A stretch of 64,000 bases of DNA from Kiritimatiellia bacterium (GTDB lineage: Bacteria > Verrucomicrobiota > Kiritimatiellia > CAIVKH01), in NCBI GenBank assembly GCA_035327585.1, contig DAOLDD010000012.1, positions 10,882 to 74,881 of the forward strand, written 5' to 3'. Below, piece after piece: positions 58,695 through 64,000 of the stretch. The translations under genes and the position numbers were made by a program. The notes under the pieces are model-generated. The model had not been told where the DNA came from. It worked only from the letters and a program-made list of their open reading frames with translations, and did not search any database. Each line of letters begins with the position of its first letter. Position 1 is the first letter of the stretch.

Positions 58695-61600
58695 ATGAAG
58701 TTTCGAATTGGGGTCGCGCTTCTCGCGTGGGGGCTGGCCGCGGCTTCGGCGCGGGCGATCACGAATGACTGGGTCAATACCGCGGGTGGGGACTTTTCCA
58801 CCGCCGGCAATTGGTCTCCGGCCTCCGTGCCGGGCGTGGGGGATCACGTTCGGTTCACCAACGCGGGGACCTACACCATCACGTTTGGTCAGTCGGTGAC
58901 GAACGACCGGGCGTGGTTTAATGCCACGGGCGGCGTGATCACGCTCAGCCTGGGGTCCCGCTATTGGAGCCTGACGAATTCCTTCAACGTCAGTTACGGG
59001 CAGACGAACCGGCCCGAGGTGGTGCTGGACGGCGGCGCGCTGACCACGCGGTCGTTCGCGGTGAGTATTTCGAACGGGTCCTGGGGTGCGGTCACGTTGC
59101 AGGGGGTGACGGGCGAGGTGTCGGACGCGAGCGGGTTTAACGTCGGCTGGCGCGGCGGCACGGGTTCGGTGGTCCTGGCCGACAGTCGGACATCGCTGCG
59201 GACGTTTGGTGGCGGCACGCACACGATTGGCGAAGGCGCCGGTTCCGAGGGATCGGTCTCGTTGATCGGTGGATTTCTCGGCATGACGGGCACGGTTCAG
59301 TTCGGCAAGAGCGGCGGCTTCGGACTGTTGAACATTGCGGGCGGCACGAACCTGTACAGTGGCGCCTTGTATCTCGGCCGCGATGCCGGCAGCCGCGGCA
59401 TCCTGACAATGACCGGGCCGGGCGCCTATTTGTCCGCCGGGTTGAACATGGGTGATACCGCTGGCGCCCTCAGCGAAGCCTACATCAGCAATGGTATGGT
59501 TTTCGCGCGCGGCGAGACCAAACTGGCGGTGTACGGTGAATCACTGCTCATGCTGGCTGGCGGTTCATACACCAACGACTCGGGCAATACCTATTTGCCT
59601 CACTACACCGGCACGGGCATCGTGGTGCTCGCCTCGCCCCAGTCGACGTTCTACCTCGGCGGCAGCATGACGATCGGCCATCTGGACACCGGCCGCGGCG
59701 ACATCCACGTGAGCAACGGCACATTCACCGTCGTCAGTTTGACGCTCGGTCGCACTGGCGCTTCGGTTGGGTCCATGTATCTCTACAACGGCACCGCGGT
59801 GGTGCGAAACACGAGCGCCAATCCGTTTGTGCTGGCGGACTCGGCGTCGACCACCGGCCTGGTGGTGCTGGCGGACGAGCGCGCGCTGCTGTCGACGCCC
59901 GCGAATAACATGGTGGTGGGCTGGTCGGGCGACGCGCAACTGATCGTGTCCAACGGCACGGTGGATGTGAAGGGCATGACCATCGCATCGCAGCCCGGCT
60001 CTCGCGGGCGTGTGGTCGTGGAGGACGGCACGCTGTTGGTGCCCACGAACACGTTGGTGGTCGGCGGCTCCAGCACGGGCATTTTGATCATGGCGGGGGC
60101 AAACACCTACCTGGAATGCGCCGACACGGGCGCGAACTCGGCGCGGCTGCTGGTGGGGTCGGCCACGAACGGACAGGGATTCGTCTATTTCAGCAACGGC
60201 ACGGCGCGGCTGCGGCAATTACTCGTGGCCGAGGCGGGTTACGGCTATGCGGAAGTCGGCGCGGCTTCGATCACGGTCTACAACAACATGTACATCCCGA
60301 ATGCACTCGCGGCCGGCAAGGGCACTGGCGTGCTGGTGATGGCGCACGCGGATTCATTCCTGTCGGTGACGCAGGCCACGACGATTGTCGGTTCCGGGCA
60401 GGCGGGCAACTTCGGCGCGTCAGGCACGCTGACCGTGTCGAACGGGACGTTGTGGCTGGCGAACACGGAAATTGGCTCCGTCAGCGACGGGTCGATGTAT
60501 ATCGGTGCGGCCACGGTAACGGTGTTCGGTGCGGGCGGCAACGCGTTGAAAATCGGCCAGAATTCCGGTACAGGCCGGGTGACGTTGTCGCACAGCGGTT
60601 CGTTGTTGGAGATGCCCGCAGGCGAATTGTGGGCGGGCGGCCAGAATTCCTTTGGGGAGGGCAGCTTGATTGTCTCCAACGGCCAGGTGCTCGCCGCTTC
60701 ACTGCATGTAGGCCGGGGTTCGGGCAAACGGGGCCTCGTCGAAATTCACAATGGCAGCATGGTATTGCTCACCAACGCATTCATCGGCAACAATGCGAAT
60801 ACGACCTCGCTCGTTGTGCTGGCGCACGCGAACAGCCTGCTTTCCGTCTCCAACGGGGGCGTGAATGTCGGCGTATACACCAATTCGCTGGCGCAGCTGA
60901 TGCTCTCCAATGGGACCGTCGTGGCAAGGTCGCTGGACGTGGCGTCCAGTTCCCTGGGTGGAACGCAAATGGTCGCGGAGCTCCTGATCTTCAACGCCAC
61001 CAATCGCCTGCTCGAGACTGGCTCGAGCGCGAACGCGATGAACATCGGCGGGCGGCTCGGCGCCACGGGGACCGTTGTGCTGGCGCATTCGGGCGCACGG
61101 ATCGAGGCGACTTCGGGTGGACGCCTGTACATTGGCAACAGCGGCGACGGCCGTCTCATTATTTCCAATGGCGTGGTGGAGGTGGCCGGGCAGCTGACCG
61201 CTGGTGACTCGCAGCCAGGCCAGGCCGAGATCACGGTTCGATCCGGTCGTTTGAGCGTTGGCGACCGACTCACGCTGGGGCGCTTCTCCACCGGTACGCT
61301 TGTGCTCGCGCATGCCGATGCCTTGGTCGAGGTGGGCTCCGGTGGATTGTGGATGGGCGATGCCAACGGGTCGGCTCCTGGCGGGCGCTCCATCGTATAC
61401 CTTTCGAATGGCACGATGCGTTCAACCGCATCCGCCGTTGATCACCTGATCGGCGGCGCGGCGTCCGGGACTGGTGTCGCCACCCGCGCCACCATCGCGG
61501 TGAGCGGCGGCTTGTTGGATTTTGCCAACGGCAGTCTATTCATCGGGAACCGCACGCGAATGGAGGGGGAATTGTTGATCAGCGGCGGCACGGTGGTGGT

Positions 61601-64000
61601 CAGTCGAATTCGCGTACCCGCGGGCGACGCCAACCAGGCGGCGACGGGAACGGTGCAGCTGTCGGGCGGCGTGCTGCGGCTCGGCGCCCTGGAGAGCGCG
61701 GGAAAAAACGCCGGCGTGGGAGCGCGCTCCAATCTTTGGTTCTCGGGCGGCACGCTGTCCAGCACCCAGGACTTCGTCACGACGCTGAATATTGAACTCA
61801 CCGACAGTCCCGGGCCTGGCCGCGTGACGTTCGAACTCGATCATGTGGTGCACTTCAACGGCGTGCTGGGCGGCCCCGGCGCGTTCGACAAGACCGGCAG
61901 CGGCATGATGGTCCTCAGCAACGCGAACAACTTTGCCGGCGGCGCGCGCGTGATGGGGGGGATACTCTCCGTGCTGCACTCCACCGCATCAGGTTCCGGC
62001 GCGGGATCGGTGGCCGTACTTTCCGGCGGAACGCTGGCGGGAACGGGTTCCGTGGCCCGTTATTCGCTCGGCGGCGGCACGGCGTCACCCGGGTTTACCA
62101 CGAATCACGTCGGCCGAATGACCGTGGGCGATGTGTTCTGGACCAACGGCGTCTATCAATGGGACGTCCAGAACTTCGCCTCAACCAATTGGGATACCCA
62201 GATCGGCACGGGCGTGCTCACGATCGCCACCGGGATCGTGACGGTGCAGGTCGTTTCGTTGTCGGCGAATGGTGTCCCGGGGCCGGCCGCGTTGTACGAT
62301 TCCAGCCAGACGTATACCGCGCTCATCGCGACGGCTGCCTCGATCTCCGGTTTCGACCCGGCCAAGTTCTCCATCGATATCAGCCGGTTTGTGAACGACG
62401 AAGGCGCGACGTGGGCCATCACCAATGTGTCCACGAACATCTTCCTCGTGGTCACACCGTCCCCCGGCGGATCGCGAACCATGTATTGGGACAACAACAC
62501 GGCGAGCGCCAATGCGCAGGGTGGGCACGGCGTCTGGGGTGAAACTTCGAACACGTGGATGGCGGGCGGCGTCGGCACGCTCAATGAGGTCTGGGACAAT
62601 ACCCGTCGCGACCGCATGTTCTTCCCCAGCGCGGGCGCCGGTCCGTGGACCGTGCGGGTGGATATCGCCGTGGCCACCAACGGCGGCATGATCCTTAACA
62701 ATGCGACCACGCACCACTATGTCCTGGACGGCACCGGCGTGCTGAGCATGGCGGGAATCAGCCAATACGTGGGTGTTGAACCCAGCGGCGGCAGCCTGCA
62801 AATTCGAACCCCGTGGCGCGTCAACGATGCACCGCTGACGAAGGTGGGCTCCGGCTGGTTGCGTCTTGCCGGTCCATCGTTGGAGAACACGAATGGCATT
62901 CTGGTCACGCAGGGCCGGCTGGAGGTGGGAAATGCCGACACCAGCGGCGAACTGGGCGGTGGCGTAATCACGCTCGGCGAAGGAGGGCCCGAGTTGTACT
63001 TCAACCGCTCCAGCTACACGATCACCAACCCGATTGTGGGCGGCCGCACATACATCACAAATAGCGGCGGGTATGCGTGGGCGGCCTCCGCGACGCAGGA
63101 TTTCGTGGTGATACGGCGCAGCACCGTGGTGACCCAGGAGGTGGGCTCGCTGATGTTCACCAATTACGTTCGCGTCGAAGCTGGAAGCTCGGCTGATGCG
63201 CCGACGCTTGAGTTGCGCGGCGGGCTGCTCACGACACGCCAGATCGATATCGGTTGGTCCGGCAACGCGACGGCCCGGCTGATTGTCGCACATGCCGGCG
63301 AGTTGTCTGCGCAGTCGCTGTTCGTGGGGGCCAATTCGGACAACGACAAGGGCGCCGAGATGTTCCTCTCCAACGGCACCGTGTATGTCTCGTCCCAGTT
63401 CACCATCGGCAAGACTTCCGCCACCCGTACCAACAGTTTCACGATGGACGGCGGCACGTTTACCATCACGGCTGGCTCGTACCTGCTGATCTCCAACGGG
63501 GTCTGGCGGCAGACGGGCGGGTTGATGGACATCCTTTCCGTGCCCGGTGCATCCGCCGCGAATACGCTTGGCGGACCCATCTCATTCGAAGGCGGTGTCT
63601 ACAACCAGCGAGGTGCGGCGTTGTATGTCGGCGCGAGCCGGGCCACGCGGTGGGGTGACACGATTCGCATGCTGATCACCAACGACGCACGCGTGATCAT
63701 CGCGGAGTCCTACACCAATGCGCCGCGAACGACGTTTCTTGCGGTGGGTTTCAACGCGAACAATACGGGCGAACTGGTGGTGGCGGGCGGCGAGCTCTTG
63801 ATGACGAATAATCTCGGGATCTATGCCGGCAACGGCGGGGTGAACGCAAGTAACCACGGCGACATCGTCATCGCCCATGGCGCCAGCTCCCGCGGCACGA
63901 TGATTGTGCAGGGCGGCACGGTGCGGACCTACCAGGTTTGGTTTGGCGGCAATAATTTCCAGGCGGTCAGCGGCGGAAACTTCGGCAGCACGGCGCCGAC
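58695..64000 (+). CDS. Giant secreted surface protein made of autotransporter-associated beta-strand (PATR-type) repeats, N-terminal >1768 aa (3' end lies outside the window)
   Basis: RBS ggaggg and ATG at 58695. Signal peptide MKFRIGVALLAWGLAAASARA. Frame 0 was read through to position 64000 without a stop. Dozens of ~40-aa repeats each centred on (V/L/I)SNGT(V/L) (e.g. VSNGTFTV, LSNGTVVA, ISNGVVEV). Confidence 0.75.
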   Translation, partial: MKFRIGVALLAWGLAAASARAITNDWVNTAGGDFSTAGNWSPASVPGVGDHVRFTNAGTYTITFGQSVTNDRAWFNATGGVITLSLGSRYWSLTNSFNVSYGQTNRPEVVLDGGALTTRSFAVSISNGSWGAVTLQGVTGEVSDASGFNVGWRGGTGSVVLADSRTSLRTFGGGTHTIGEGAGSEGSVSLIGGFLGMTGTVQFGKSGGFGLLNIAGGTNLYSGALYLGRDAGSRGILTMTGPGAYLSAGLNMGDTAGALSEAYISNGMVFARGETKLAVYGESLLMLAGGSYTNDSGNTYLPHYTGTGIVVLASPQSTFYLGGSMTIGHLDTGRGDIHVSNGTFTVVSLTLGRTGASVGSMYLYNGTAVVRNTSANPFVLADSASTTGLVVLADERALLSTPANNMVVGWSGDAQLIVSNGTVDVKGMTIASQPGSRGRVVVEDGTLLVPTNTLVVGGSSTGILIMAGANTYLECADTGANSARLLVGSATNGQGFVYFSNGTARLRQLLVAEAGYGYAEVGAASITVYNNMYIPNALAAGKGTGVLVMAHADSFLSVTQATTIVGSGQAGNFGASGTLTVSNGTLWLANTEIGSVSDGSMYIGAATVTVFGAGGNALKIGQNSGTGRVTLSHSGSLLEMPAGELWAGGQNSFGEGSLIVSNGQVLAASLHVGRGSGKRGLVEIHNGSMVLLTNAFIGNNANTTSLVVLAHANSLLSVSNGGVNVGVYTNSLAQLMLSNGTVVARSLDVASSSLGGTQMVAELLIFNATNRLLETGSSANAMNIGGRLGATGTVVLAHSGARIEATSGGRLYIGNSGDGRLIISNGVVEVAGQLTAGDSQPGQAEITVRSGRLSVGDRLTLGRFSTGTLVLAHADALVEVGSGGLWMGDANGSAPGGRSIVYLSNGTMRSTASAVDHLIGGAASGTGVATRATIAVSGGLLDFANGSLFIGNRTRMEGELLISGGTVVVSRIRVPAGDANQAATGTVQLSGGVLRLGALESAGKNAGVGARSNLWFSGGTLSSTQDFVTTLNIELTDSPGPGRVTFELDHVVHFNGVLGGPGAFDKTGSGMMVLSNANNFAGGARVMGGILSVLHSTASGSGAGSVAVLSGGTLAGTGSVARYSLGGGTASPGFTTNHVGRMTVGDVFWTNGVYQWDVQNFASTNWDTQIGTGVLTIATGIVTVQVVSLSANGVPGPAALYDSSQTYTALIATAASISGFDPAKFSIDISRFVNDEGATWAITNVSTNIFLVVTPSPGGSRTMYWDNNTASANAQGGHGVWGETSNTWMAGGVGTLNEVWDNTRRDRMFFPSAGAGPWTVRVDIAVATNGGMILNNATTHHYVLDGTGVLSMAGISQYVGVEPSGGSLQIRTPWRVNDAPLTKVGSGWLRLAGPSLENTNGILVTQGRLEVGNADTSGELGGGVITLGEGGPELYFNRSSYTITNPIVGGRTYITNSGGYAWAASATQDFVVIRRSTVVTQEVGSLMFTNYVRVEAGSSADAPTLELRGGLLTTRQIDIGWSGNATARLIVAHAGELSAQSLFVGANSDNDKGAEMFLSNGTVYVSSQFTIGKTSATRTNSFTMDGGTFTITAGSYLLISNGVWRQTGGLMDILSVPGASAANTLGGPISFEGGVYNQRGAALYVGASRATRWGDTIRMLITNDARVIIAESYTNAPRTTFLAVGFNANNTGELVVAGGELLMTNNLGIYAGNGGVNASNHGDIVIAHGASSRGTMIVQGGTVRTYQVWFGGNNFQAVSGGNFGSTAP

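Overview
This is a high-GC window (mid-60s % by eye) from a chromosome, 64 kb, with no rRNA, tRNA, CRISPR or transposase/integrase genes. Gene content suggests a PVC-superphylum-like bacterium (Verrucomicrobia, Kiritimatiellae or Lentisphaerae type): PEP-CTERM proteins, a DUF1559 prepilin-like protein, a giant PATR-repeat surface protein and many glycoside hydrolases. This lineage assignment is inference only.

- **1-13.6 kb, cell-wall and cell-shape block.** A dcw-type cluster (murF C-terminus, mraY, murD, a 3x LysM lipoprotein, ftsW) is joined directly to a complete elongasome operon (mreB-mreC-mreD-mrdA(PBP2)-rodA). These are followed by rng, nadD and rsfS.
- **13.6-22 kb, central metabolism and a small catabolic operon.** acs sits behind an unusually structured 340-bp leader. 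Then come a standalone cNMP-binding protein, lplA, a SIMPL protein and a 2-hydroxyacid dehydrogenase. An AraC regulator is divergent from a sugar-phosphate isomerase / Gfo-Idh-MocA oxidoreductase pair.
- **22-58 kb, carbohydrate-utilisation island.**
  - Enzymes and transport: two GH130, GH78, GH27, GH1, a clan GH-A enzyme carrying CBM9-like modules, an (alpha/alpha)6 hydrolase, a SASA-type esterase, ThuA, an SSS symporter, glcD/glcF and an AraA-like isomerase.
  - Regulators and unknowns: AraR-, IclR- and AraC-type regulators, plus an 860-aa protein of unknown function.
- **Most novel feature.** Inside the island is a paralogous family of secreted proteins built on an unrecognised ~221-aa lectin-like domain. 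It occurs four times in three genes: one PEP-CTERM-anchored, one with an internal tandem duplication plus an Ig-like tail, and one with no anchor. Each gene is preceded by a conserved AT-rich palindromic motif (GTATTAATAC ... TTTGATAT). The motif resembles GntR/AraR-type operators, and an AraR-type regulator lies adjacent.
- **Second paralog pair and DUF1559.** A second, smaller paralog pair, again one PEP-CTERM member and one without, sits in the same cluster with the DUF1559 protein.
- **58.7-64 kb.** A giant (>1768 aa, truncated by the window edge) PATR-type repeat surface protein.
- **Other unusual non-coding elements.** A 160-bp insert between murF and mraY carries a perfect 4x CTGACAC tandem repeat and nested palindromes, a G-quadruplex motif lies upstream of nadD, and there are candidate operators for the IclR and AraC regulators.
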